Positions 28,959-37,435 of a stretch of DNA of 64,000 nucleotides are shown here, one piece after another. The stretch covers positions 32,001-96,000 of the IMG/VR virus record IMGVR_UViG_3300028831_000229; one strand, written 5' to 3'. How positions within the stretch are numbered: the stretch's first letter is position 1; each line of letters begins with the position of its first letter. The position numbers and the translations under genes were made by a program. Source of the DNA: a virus. The notes below the pieces were generated by a model. It did not search any database and was not told where the DNA came from. It worked only from the letters and a program-made list of their open reading frames with translations.

Positions 28959-29183
28959 ATGGCACTTGTTGTCGAGCTTGGCAGGCAGAGGCAGCGCAGG
29001 ACCACGAGCGATCAGATGCTCGCGGAGTGCGCGACGGTGGCGTGCAGGGACTGCCGAGCGGTCCTGGTCGAGATGCAAGACGCCGTGCACCACGGGATCG
29101 ACACGGACGGTTGGTGGCGTGCGCAATTCAAGCTGGCTCGCGAGAGCGTGAGCGCAGGACACCATGTCCACCTCCAACCTTGA
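28959..29183 (+). CDS. Hypothetical protein
   Basis: CxxC; fills the operon gap. Confidence 0.4.
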   Translation: MALVVELGRQRQRRTTSDQMLAECATVACRDCRAVLVEMQDAVHHGIDTDGWWRAQFKLARESVSAGHHVHLQP

Positions 29184-29487
29184 CTGCACCAAGTGCGGTG
29201 CCTGCTGCTGGGTGAAGCACTGGTCGCACGGCTACACGCCGCTGACCGACTTCGACCTCACCAACGTCCCTGGCACGTTGGTCGTGGAGCGCCAGTATGG
29301 ACGCGTAAAGCTCCGCGTGCTCCAAGACAAGCCGCGACACGGTGGCTTCGCGTGCATCGCGCTCGCCGGTCGCATCGGCCAGCGTGTCAGCTGCTCCATC
29401 TACGAGCAGCGCCCTCAGTTCTGTCGAGAGTTCAAGCCGGGCTCGCCTGCCTGCCTCAAGGCCAGGCGCAGAGCCGGCGTAAGCTGA
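29164..29487 (+). CDS. YkgJ-family (CxxCxxCC) Cys-cluster protein, copy 1
   Basis: DCTKCGACC...CIAL.G....SCSIYEQRPQFCREF.PGS..C..AR. Confidence 0.85.
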   Translation: MSTSNLDCTKCGACCWVKHWSHGYTPLTDFDLTNVPGTLVVERQYGRVKLRVLQDKPRHGGFACIALAGRIGQRVSCSIYEQRPQFCREFKPGSPACLKARRRAGVS

Positions 29488-29509
29488 CCACCAGCAAGGA
29501 GAAGAGAAG

Positions 29510-30010
29510 ATGAGCGTATGCAGGATGGATGACTCGCCGTGGTGCACGCCGGGCACGTGCAAGGACTGCGATGCGGCACGAGGTGAGCCCACCAAAGAGG
29601 TGACGAGGATGAGCGTCACGCACGTGGCAGTCACGCCGCGTGGTCTGGAGCTTGGCGGCTACGTCAAGAGCGAGCGCTTGGTGCCTCGCATGCACAACCA
29701 ACAGGGAGACAAGCAGATGGCGACCTTCGGTGAAGTGGAACCAGTGATCAAGACCGAGCACGACATCGAGAAGGCGATCGAGATGGTCACGGCGCTCACG
29801 CGCAACCTGCTCTCGCTGCCCGCCGACATCGAGGTCGGCGTGCACATCCGACCGCACTACCGGCAGTACATCGCGACCGTGGAGGTCGCCGGGTTCGTGC
29901 TGGTGCAGAAGCACGCACGCATGAGCCTGGCGATCGAGGCGCTGCTCAGCGACCTCAGCGACCGCGTGCACAAGCGCATCGCGGAAGCTCAGGCCCTGCT
30001 CAGCAAGTAG
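29510..30010 (+). CDS. Hypothetical protein
   Basis: Purine leader; an internal start at about 29717 is possible. Confidence 0.55.
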   Translation: MSVCRMDDSPWCTPGTCKDCDAARGEPTKEVTRMSVTHVAVTPRGLELGGYVKSERLVPRMHNQQGDKQMATFGEVEPVIKTEHDIEKAIEMVTALTRNLLSLPADIEVGVHIRPHYRQYIATVEVAGFVLVQKHARMSLAIEALLSDLSDRVHKRIAEAQALLSK

Positions 30011-30048
30011 CCACGGCTACAACGAGAAGACGAGAAGACGAGAAGAGG

Positions 30049-30447
30049 ATGAAGAGGAAGCCGCCCTGCACGCCGCACAGCGTGCACAAGAGCCGGCGCC
30101 TGGAGCGTGTCGTCCAAGAGCTGAGCAAGCCACAGTCGCTTGAGCCGCTTGACGAAGCCGTGCGCCAACGCATCGCCGCTCTGGCTCCGAGAGCATGGAC
30201 ACGTCCCTGGTTCGAGCAGGTGATCGAGGCGTGCATCGGTCGCAACAAGCTGCTCGCGTGGGACGTGGACACGGTGATCGACAGGAAGGCTGTGAGCACG
30301 GTGACCGTGCATCTGACCTTCTGGCCAGACGTGGTCAACACGATGTACGCCGATCACCTGGCTCACGTGTTCGAGCTGGAGTGCTGGCCCTACAAACCAG
30401 CTGGCACGCTCTTCCGCGTGCGAGTCCACAAGGCCCCAACATCATGA
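30049..30447 (+). CDS. Hypothetical protein
   Basis: Preceded by (ACGAGAAG)x3. Confidence 0.55.
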   Translation: MKRKPPCTPHSVHKSRRLERVVQELSKPQSLEPLDEAVRQRIAALAPRAWTRPWFEQVIEACIGRNKLLAWDVDTVIDRKAVSTVTVHLTFWPDVVNTMYADHLAHVFELECWPYKPAGTLFRVRVHKAPTS

Positions 30448-30839
30448 GCAAGCAACTCGAACTGAGAGGTAGCACGCACCGCGAGACGGCTCGTGCGTGG
30501 TGGCGCGTGATGCACCAACGCGACTACCCGACGATCTGCGAGGTCTGTCAGGATCCGATCGGTGACGCGCTCTACCAGCGCACGCGGTTCGGCGCGTACA
30601 TCTTCCCTGTGGAGGAGCCAGGCGTGCTCTTGGAGTACGTCTGCAAGCGCTGCTACGACTGCAACTACGGCTGGCTCTACGAGGTGCGCTGCAAGGAGTG
30701 CGGGTCCGTGCACACGCGCAACCAGAAGTGCGACGGGCCGTACACGTGCTCGCACCACTGCGACACGTGCAAGCGCAACACGCTGCACGAGCGGACCGAC
30801 GTGCACATGGCTGACACAACCAAGGATGACCGTCCATGA
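30444..30839 (+). CDS. Multi-CxxC Zn-finger protein
   Basis: Four CxxC pairs; ATGA overlaps. Confidence 0.6.
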   Translation: MSKQLELRGSTHRETARAWWRVMHQRDYPTICEVCQDPIGDALYQRTRFGAYIFPVEEPGVLLEYVCKRCYDCNYGWLYEVRCKECGSVHTRNQKCDGPYTCSHHCDTCKRNTLHERTDVHMADTTKDDRP

Positions 30840-31387
30840 AGTACCTCAACTTGGAGCACAGCAAGAAAAGAAAGACAGCGCTTGGTTTGGATGACCCGTC
30901 AATCGTCCGTGCAGCAGCCGAAGCCAGGGTTGCTGGTCGACGAGCGCGTGCCAAGACGCGTGGTGAACATTGCGAATGCGGCTACGTGAGTAGCGGCTCG
31001 TTCCTGCGGTGTCGTTGGTGCACTGAGAGTGGCATGCGCTATCTGCCCCGCTATGTGCCAGGTGCGTTGCAATGCTGGAGCCTCCACAAGAAAGGTGACA
31101 AGTGGTACCGATGTGAGCGTGCCGACGGTCACGAGGCGCAGCACAGCTGGGGGTCTGTGCTCAGTTGGAGCGTCGGCGATCAGCGCGTGCGGGTAGTCTG
31201 CGGCGTGTGCAAGACCGACGTGATCACCGTACGCAACGGTGACGACGATCCGCCGTGGTACGTCCGCTGTCCGATCTGCAACGAGGGACGGCAGACCGGA
31301 CCTGTGGCCAGCCGATGCACGATGCAGCTGATGCCACCGCCTGATGACCTGCAACCGTTCGCCAGCGGCCCGAAGGAGGCCACATGA
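30836..31387 (+). CDS. Cys-rich hypothetical protein
   Basis: ATGA overlaps; several Cys pairs. Confidence 0.55.
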   Translation: MKYLNLEHSKKRKTALGLDDPSIVRAAAEARVAGRRARAKTRGEHCECGYVSSGSFLRCRWCTESGMRYLPRYVPGALQCWSLHKKGDKWYRCERADGHEAQHSWGSVLSWSVGDQRVRVVCGVCKTDVITVRNGDDDPPWYVRCPICNEGRQTGPVASRCTMQLMPPPDDLQPFASGPKEAT

Positions 31388-31893
31388 GACGTCGCAACCT
31401 GGAACTCCAGCACAGCAAGAAGCGCCAGCCGCCACGCGAGCCCTCAGAGTTCGACGGCATCGATCGCTCGGTTGCCCCGGCTGGTCAGTGGCTCACAGGA
31501 CCACTCGGCGTGAGTGCTGACGAGGAGACGACCTCCAACTGGACGCACAAGGACGAGGCGTTCTTCATCAACCCCAAGCAGCTCGAGAAGCTGATCAAGA
31601 TGATGGAGGACGAGAAGCCCAAGAGCCGTGTCCTGGCGCCAGGCGCGCTCACCTTCATCGCCAAGCCGCGCGCCGCGCCGAGCCGCTTCAACCTGCGCTG
31701 GGACAACCTGCTGCTCAAGCCGCTGGTGCCGATGCCGAGCATCCTCACGCTCGAGGTCAGCGAGAAGGAGACGCTCGACCGGATGCAGCGCTACCTGAAC
31801 TTCCCCGCCAACGACCACGTGGACGCGCTCAAGCACGCCATGGAGAGCGTCCGCCGCGGGGCTTTGCTTGACCTCATCAAGGAGAAGCTCTGA
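31384..31893 (+). CDS. Hypothetical protein
   Basis: aaggagg RBS. Confidence 0.6.
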   Translation: MRRRNLELQHSKKRQPPREPSEFDGIDRSVAPAGQWLTGPLGVSADEETTSNWTHKDEAFFINPKQLEKLIKMMEDEKPKSRVLAPGALTFIAKPRAAPSRFNLRWDNLLLKPLVPMPSILTLEVSEKETLDRMQRYLNFPANDHVDALKHAMESVRRGALLDLIKEKL

Positions 31894-32468
31894 TGTCGAA
31901 GAAGCCTCCACTGCTCACCGGCAGCAAGCACAAGCGTCCGCTCACGGTGACGCAGCCCAACGCGCTGCTTAGCGAGTTCGCCGACAAGCTCAACGACCTG
32001 ACGATGGTACTCTGCGAGCACGGAGTCGGCGGACAGCTGACCATCAAGGTGCTCTGGCAGACTGCCGCAGCTCTAGGCATCGGCCCTGACGGTGGTGGCA
32101 TCGCCACTGCCGCAGGACCGGTTGCGATCGAAGTAGTCAACGCTGACGTGTTGAAGCGCATCGCAAAGATCGAGGAGTTGGCACGCGCAGGGACCGTGAC
32201 GCCTGCGATGCTGGACGAGCTGCGCATCGAGGACCGACCGCACAACTTCCGCCAGGATCTGAGTCGCCGCTTCAAGGGACCGCCGTCCGAGACCTGCGAG
32301 CTGTGCGGTCGCGATCCGCGCAACACCGTCCACAGGCTGTCCAGCACGCGTCAGGTGTCTCAAGCGGAGATCGGTGCCGAAGTTGACAGGCTGACACGTG
32401 CAGGGAAGCGCGTCACCGGAGTGACGGTGAGCGGACCGTACGCCGAGGTCCAGTGGGAGGAGCCGTGA
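31893..32468 (+). CDS. Hypothetical protein
   Basis: TGATG overlap. Confidence 0.6.
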   Translation: MSKKPPLLTGSKHKRPLTVTQPNALLSEFADKLNDLTMVLCEHGVGGQLTIKVLWQTAAALGIGPDGGGIATAAGPVAIEVVNADVLKRIAKIEELARAGTVTPAMLDELRIEDRPHNFRQDLSRRFKGPPSETCELCGRDPRNTVHRLSSTRQVSQAEIGAEVDRLTRAGKRVTGVTVSGPYAEVQWEEP

Positions 32469-32839
32469 GCGCCGCGCTCGACTGCCGCACGTGCGGCGCC
32501 TGCTGCGTCAGCTCGCAGGACACGCCGTACGGCTGGGCCGACGTCAGCCAGGAGGACGCCGCCAAGATGAGCCGGCGCGTCCGTCTCAAGCTGGTGCAGA
32601 CGGGAGGAGGCTGGCGCTTCAACGAGTGCCACCTCGCCACGCCGACCACCTGGCGAGACGACCTCAACTGCGCTCCCTGCTCCTTCCTCCAAGGCACGCC
32701 AGGCCAGCGCGTGACGTGCCGCATCTACGAGACCAGGCCGAGCGTCTGCCAGCGCTTCAAGCCGGGAAGCCGCAGCTGCTTGGAGGCGCGGCGAGAGCAG
32801 ACCTTCAGACTGGCAGACCAAGCAGAGGAGAACCCGTGA
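32465..32839 (+). CDS. YkgJ-family (CxxCxxCC) Cys-cluster protein, copy 2
   Basis: DCRTCGACC...CSFLQG....TCRIYETRPSVCQRF.PGS..C..AR. Confidence 0.85.
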   Translation: MSAALDCRTCGACCVSSQDTPYGWADVSQEDAAKMSRRVRLKLVQTGGGWRFNECHLATPTTWRDDLNCAPCSFLQGTPGQRVTCRIYETRPSVCQRFKPGSRSCLEARREQTFRLADQAEENP

Positions 32840-33216
32840 AGACCATCGAGACCACGCAACTGATCGTCCTGGCCACGCTCGCAGAGATGCAGCTCTTCGA
32901 GTCGGCCGCCATCACCTACGCCAAGGCCCTCCAGCACCACGCCGCAGAACCGCACGAGCGCAACGCGCTGGTCGAGTACGCGGTGCACGAGCAGGGAAGA
33001 GCCGTCGAGACCTTCCGCGTGACCTGCCTGACGTGCCAGGAGACCGTGACGGTGACCAGAGCCGAGCTGGAGCCGACGCTCGCAGCCGCTGGCGAGCACG
33101 TCCAGGCCGCCTGGGAGACCGTCAAGCGGATCCTCCGCAGGTGCCAGGAGTGCGACGGCACCTGCGCGCCAGGCGTCTGCGAGCGGCTGCGCGAGTGCAT
33201 CGAGGGAGAGTCGTGA
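32836..33216 (+). CDS. Zn-binding hypothetical protein
   Basis: gaggag RBS; CxxC pairs. Confidence 0.55.
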   Translation: MKTIETTQLIVLATLAEMQLFESAAITYAKALQHHAAEPHERNALVEYAVHEQGRAVETFRVTCLTCQETVTVTRAELEPTLAAAGEHVQAAWETVKRILRRCQECDGTCAPGVCERLRECIEGES

Positions 33217-33455
33217 CGACCACGCTGACGCTGACAGAGAGCCGCCGCAAGGTGGCGTGCAGCCTCTGTGGGAAGCGCGTCAGCGTGCCGCGCGACCAGA
33301 TGGCGCTCGTGGAGGCGGCGAACCAGCACCAGGACGTCAACGAGGCGCTCCAGGACGGCTACAGCACCGTCCCTGTTGGCGAGCCTGGCCAGGAGCACGA
33401 GACCGTCATCGTCTGCGACGCCTGCTGGACGACCGCCTCTGGGAGGACGCCGTGA
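33213..33455 (+). CDS. Zn-finger hypothetical protein
   Basis: CSLC...CDAC; GTGA overlap. Confidence 0.55.
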   Translation: MTTTLTLTESRRKVACSLCGKRVSVPRDQMALVEAANQHQDVNEALQDGYSTVPVGEPGQEHETVIVCDACWTTASGRTP

Positions 33456-33706
33456 CGCGGAGACGCCGCTGCACCTTCTGCGGTCGCCTGATGCCAGCCA
33501 CGCAGACCAAGCGTGACCCTGACTGCGTGGAGAGCGGCTGCACCACGCAGCACTGGATGTGCAGGAGCGAGGTCAGTTGCGCTCTGGCCATCAGGGAGAC
33601 GCGCTCGTGGACGCCGCAGGACGTGTCTGTGCCGCCTCCTGGGAGAGGTGGTGGAAAACGCCGCACCAAGCAAAAGGCCGCCGCTAGGAGGAACCGTGCC
33701 AGGTAG
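33452..33706 (+). CDS. Cys-rich hypothetical protein
   Basis: ggagg RBS; GTGA overlap. Confidence 0.5.
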   Translation: MTRRRRCTFCGRLMPATQTKRDPDCVESGCTTQHWMCRSEVSCALAIRETRSWTPQDVSVPPPGRGGGKRRTKQKAAARRNRAR

Positions 33707-33977
33707 GAAGCCACCACAGCTCACCGGCAGCATCCACAGGAGCACCGCTCTAGGGACAGCCACAGGCCACAGCACAGAGCCTGCGTGTGCCACGTGCAGC
33801 ACAGCAGCACAGTACGCCAAGGAGTATCCAGACCTCATGGGAAGCGACCACGCAACGCCAGCACACTGTGCCGACCACTGTCCTTCACCGGACGAGCATT
33901 CGACCTGTGAGCCACGCAGCAAGCAGTACATCTCAGGACGCTACAGAGGGACCATCACTCTCACACGCCTCGCCTGA
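33696..33977 (+). CDS. Cys/His-rich hypothetical protein
   Basis: aggagg RBS; last gene before the strand switch. Confidence 0.45.
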   Translation: MPGRKPPQLTGSIHRSTALGTATGHSTEPACATCSTAAQYAKEYPDLMGSDHATPAHCADHCPSPDEHSTCEPRSKQYISGRYRGTITLTRLA

Positions 33978-34205
33978 GCTTGCACCACAGCACCGGCCGG
34001 TCAGGCTCCTTGGCCCTGTCTCCGCCAGCCACCTCGCGCGTGCGCATGCGTGCTAAAGGCTGGGTGCGTTGACAGGAAACTCCAGCGCCCTGAGCGCTGG
34101 CCTCAGCGTGCCGTCGCGCTCGACCGCTCCTCCGGGTCGGCGTGAACGGCGCGCGAATACTGATGCAGGCGGGCAGGCTGTGCTAGTAAGCCTGGCGTGG
34201 GCTAC

Positions 34206-34261
34206 TTTTTTTTTGAATTTTGAGCGTGCGACCCGCGTGCGATAGCGTGCACAGCGCGTGC
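34206..34261. repeat. T-tract followed by four helically phased GCGTGC hexamers (candidate pac/origin element)
   Basis: T9-GAA-T4 at 34206-34221; GCGTGC at 34224, 34235, 34245, 34256. Confidence 0.65.
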
Positions 34262-34433
34262 GTACGTCACCCAGGAGAACGCTGTGGCTCGCGCACAGCG
34301 CACCTACGCGACCAACGTGTACACCCGCACGTGGCGCCTGTCGTACACCACGCGTCGCCTTCAAGCGCTACACGAAACCAGTAAGTCTCGGCAGACCTGC
34401 TGGTGCGGTCTATGTAGAACGAGGCGTAGAACG

Positions 34434-34994
34434 TTAGCGGCTGGCCAGCCGGCCAGCGATGGACATGCGGAGGTCAACCGGGAGTGGCTCGGGCGGCGTT
34501 GGGAGGCCGGGAGGGTTCTGCGGCAGCTCGCCGTCCAGCGCGCAGCGAATCTGCTCACCCACGATGTTGTTGAGCCACGCCTTGCCTTCGGCTCCGGTCG
34601 GCGTGTCCTGGATGAACACGTACGCCACCAACAAAACGCGGTCGCCAGCAAGCGGTATTTCCATGGGTGGCGCGATGGCTGCGTGCGCGGTCGGCGAGCG
34701 GAAGCTCGAGACGGGTATCTCGCCAGCCTTGCGATGCGTATACACGTATGACTGACCGTCGAGCTGGTCGACCAGGTAGTTCACGCGGTGCGCGAAGTCG
34801 TGGTGGTTCGCCAGCCGTGTCTCCGCGTCCGGTGGCGCGGCGTACAGGCAGCCGAAGTAGAACATGCTGGGTGTTGGCTCTGGCAACAGGTTGGCGAACA
34901 CGGCGCGTGCGCGCTCGCTAAGCACTGGCAGCATAGGCTCCAGGATGCTCTCCACGCGAAGTGCGGACTGAACGGTGGTTGGTGTATCTCGCAT
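34434..34994 (-). CDS. Hypothetical protein
   Basis: 186-aa leftward ORF with protein-like composition. Confidence 0.6.
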   Translation of the reverse strand: MRDTPTTVQSALRVESILEPMLPVLSERARAVFANLLPEPTPSMFYFGCLYAAPPDAETRLANHHDFAHRVNYLVDQLDGQSYVYTHRKAGEIPVSSFRSPTAHAAIAPPMEIPLAGDRVLLVAYVFIQDTPTGAEGKAWLNNIVGEQIRCALDGELPQNPPGLPTPPEPLPVDLRMSIAGRLASR

Positions 34995-35193
34995 GGCTAC
35001 GAGCCTACCATCACCACGCCTTATGGGAGCGCGTAGAATCGCGCTGGTTAACGCGGAGGCCGACCGTCGTACTCGTCAGGCGGCTCGCGGTCGTCGCCTG
35101 CCACAGCGCGTGTGAGCGCGGCCAGCACGATGATGGCCGGGCTGAACAACACGAGCACCACGGTGCCGACCGTGTACGCGATGCGCTTCACGG

Positions 35194-35484
35194 TCAGCCT
35201 CCTTGGTCAGCGTAGTAGGCGCTGTACTCGGCCTGAGACCACACCTTGTACGGGTAGTTTCGTGGCGGAGGCCAGTCGGTCACCACGCGTGCGGTGCGGA
35301 TGGCGACGGCGTGCTCGACCACCGCGCTGTAGCAGTCGTTGCACGCAGGGTAGATGATGAAGTCCATGCGTGGGTTGCGCACCAGCATCGCGACCATCAC
35401 CGCGAGTGGTGCGTGGTACACGCCGCAGAATTGGCAGCGGTCCTCAGTGGGCGGCTTCTCTTCTTCGACCTGCGGTTCACACAC
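35194..35484 (-). CDS. Zn-finger hypothetical protein
   Basis: CQFC...CNDC; aaggag RBS; overlaps the upstream leftward gene. Confidence 0.6.
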   Translation of the reverse strand: MCEPQVEEEKPPTEDRCQFCGVYHAPLAVMVAMLVRNPRMDFIIYPACNDCYSAVVEHAVAIRTARVVTDWPPPRNYPYKVWSQAEYSAYYADQGG

Positions 35485-35776
35485 GTGCTCGCTCCTTCTG
35501 TTGTTGAGCCTTGCGCTCGGTGATCTTGTCCAGGATGTGCTTCGCGATCGCTTCGTCGTCTTCGCCGAACGTGTTGTCCGGTGCGCGCTTGACCTCGGCG
35601 AGCTTCTCTTCCACCCAGCGACCAGCAGCGCGCAGGTTCTCCTGCAACAGCTGCGGATTCGTCATCACGCGCATCGCATCAGCGATGCCGCCACCAGGCG
35701 GCACCGCCAACACCGCGGCGTACTCACACACGAGGCGCTTGACCATCGGACCCATCTTCTTGCTCGTCTTCTCCAC
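35477..35776 (-). CDS. Hypothetical protein
   Basis: taaggag RBS on the minus strand. Confidence 0.6.
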   Translation of the reverse strand: MEKTSKKMGPMVKRLVCEYAAVLAVPPGGGIADAMRVMTNPQLLQENLRAAGRWVEEKLAEVKRAPDNTFGEDDEAIAKHILDKITERKAQQQKERARV

Positions 35777-35788
35777 GTCTGCTGCTCC

Positions 35789-36709
35789 TTACTTGATCCG
35801 CTTCATCATCGCACGGACGGTCGTCTTCTGTCGTTCCTCTTCTGCGACCACCTCATCAAACAGTTCTTGATCCTTGCGCGCGGTGATGGCTTGCTCAACC
35901 AGGCGATTCAGCTCGCGCGGTGGGAGTGCGTCCAGCTCCCACGACTTCGGACCGAACTCGGCGATGTACGCCTTCGCACGCGAATCGGTCAGCTTCGCAG
36001 GATTCGGTGGCGGGTTGAACGCCTTGACCTGCGCTGTCGTGAGCGCGACCGACACGACCTCCAGCTCCGACACACCGAACTCGCGGAGCCTGTCTTCGAT
36101 GTCACGCACCATGTCCTTGCCGCTCGGGTCGTGGTCACCGAGATAGAGGATGACCGGCTTCTTGGTGTCGTTGCCATACAGCTCCAGCAAGCGCTCGGCC
36201 TCGGTGTCGTTTGCGGCGTTGCACGCCGTCATCAATCGCTGAGCGCTCTCGTACATCGCGCTCGCGGAGCTGTAGCCCTTGTTCACCATGAGCGTCACGT
36301 GGTGGCTACGCGTGATCGGCGAGAGCACGCCGGCCAGTGCCATCTTCTCGACCCACACCTCCACGTAGAACTCCTGGTTGCGCCAGCGCGGCAGCTTGAA
36401 CGAGTACACCGCCGCATCAAGGATGTCGTTGATGTGGCGCCAGTCGGCCGGTGACTCCGGCTCGCGTCCGCGATCCTCGATCGAGTCCCAGTCGATCTCG
36501 CCAGCGTAACGTCCATCGGTGAGCACACCGGTGAGCATCTTGTAGTTCTTGACGTTGTTCGCGAGCCATCCGCGGGACACGAACTGGTAGTAGATCTGGC
36601 GCGCGGTCAGCTTCTGGCCGCCGTACTCGCCGATGATGGCGTTGGCGCGATCGATCTTCTCCTGGGTCTCTGCTCGGAACTTGATGGTGCGGAACTGTTC
36701 GGTGCTCAC
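35789..36709 (-). CDS. Topoisomerase VI subunit A-like TOPRIM protein (Mini-A-like)
   Basis: LTARQIYYQ (catalytic-Tyr-like motif), EVWVEK, KGYSS, LYLGDHDPSG, ELDAL; gaggag RBS before GTG 36709. Confidence 0.8.
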   Translation of the reverse strand: MSTEQFRTIKFRAETQEKIDRANAIIGEYGGQKLTARQIYYQFVSRGWLANNVKNYKMLTGVLTDGRYAGEIDWDSIEDRGREPESPADWRHINDILDAAVYSFKLPRWRNQEFYVEVWVEKMALAGVLSPITRSHHVTLMVNKGYSSASAMYESAQRLMTACNAANDTEAERLLELYGNDTKKPVILYLGDHDPSGKDMVRDIEDRLREFGVSELEVVSVALTTAQVKAFNPPPNPAKLTDSRAKAYIAEFGPKSWELDALPPRELNRLVEQAITARKDQELFDEVVAEEERQKTTVRAMMKRIK

Positions 36710-36767
36710 GGTGTTCTCCTCGGTGGGCGCATTTCGCGCGCGCAGCGCTTGCGTTTGCCTGGGTTTG

Positions 36768-36796
36768 ATTGTAGAACACCAATGTAGAACAAACAA
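36768..36796 (-). promoter_or_regulatory. Leftward sigma70-type promoter overlapped by two GTTCTACA repeats
   Basis: Minus strand reads TTGTTT-gttctacattggtgttc (17 nt)-TACAAT. Confidence 0.6.
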
Positions 36797-36798
36797 GG

Positions 36799-37242
36799 AT
36801 GACCATGGGCACTCGTAAGTGGAGTCACGTGTACATCGCGGCAGCGTCCGGTGACCTCGACCGGGTCACGCGCGTGCGAGCGCAGCTGGTCGCAGGTGGG
36901 CTCATGGTGACGTCACGGTGGATCGACGAGGTGACGGTGAGTGGGGCGAATCCATCGGACATCACCGAGCGCAAGCGCCGCGCAGAGTCCGACATGCAGG
37001 ATGTCAACCAGAGCGACGTCATGCTCTTCCTCGTACCGGACGCGCGCTTCCAAACACGCGGCGCCTGGTTCGAGCTGGGCTACGCGCACCACGCTGGGCT
37101 GCCGTTCATCTCCGCAGGACGTCGCGAGGATCTCGACCGCTCGGTGTTCACCGCGCTGGGCGAAGAGTTCGAGCACGACGTGGACGCCATCATCCGGCTG
37201 CTGCGGATCGATTGGCCCGATGACCAAGGAAAGGGAAGCTGA
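36799..37242 (+). CDS. Nucleoside 2-deoxyribosyltransferase-like protein
   Basis: VYIAA...DMQDV.QSDV...RGAWFELGYA. Confidence 0.75.
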   Translation: MTMGTRKWSHVYIAAASGDLDRVTRVRAQLVAGGLMVTSRWIDEVTVSGANPSDITERKRRAESDMQDVNQSDVMLFLVPDARFQTRGAWFELGYAHHAGLPFISAGRREDLDRSVFTALGEEFEHDVDAIIRLLRIDWPDDQGKGS

Positions 37243-37243
37243 C

Positions 37244-37435
37244 ATGGCGCTATTCGAGACCAAGCGCGATGGCGACAACAAGACAAAGGTCTTCGGCGTT
37301 CGTATGAGCGAGCGCGAGATCTTCGTCCTCAAGCGCTACGCGAAGAAGCACAAGCTCAAGCCCAGCAACTTCGTCCGCAAGGCAATCAAGATCCTCATCC
37401 GAGACACGGACACCAAACCAGGAGACAGCAAGTGA
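37244..37435 (+). CDS. Ribbon-helix-helix DNA-binding protein
   Basis: KVFGVRMSERE..VLKRYAKK..L.PSNFVRKAI. Confidence 0.7.
   Translation: MALFETKRDGDNKTKVFGVRMSEREIFVLKRYAKKHKLKPSNFVRKAIKILIRDTDTKPGDSK

Noticed and set aside
36771-36790. LexA (SOS) box
   Set aside because: GAAC repeats are spaced 12-13 bp, matching neither GAAC-N4-GTTC nor GAAC-N7-GAAC; kept only as an unknown operator.
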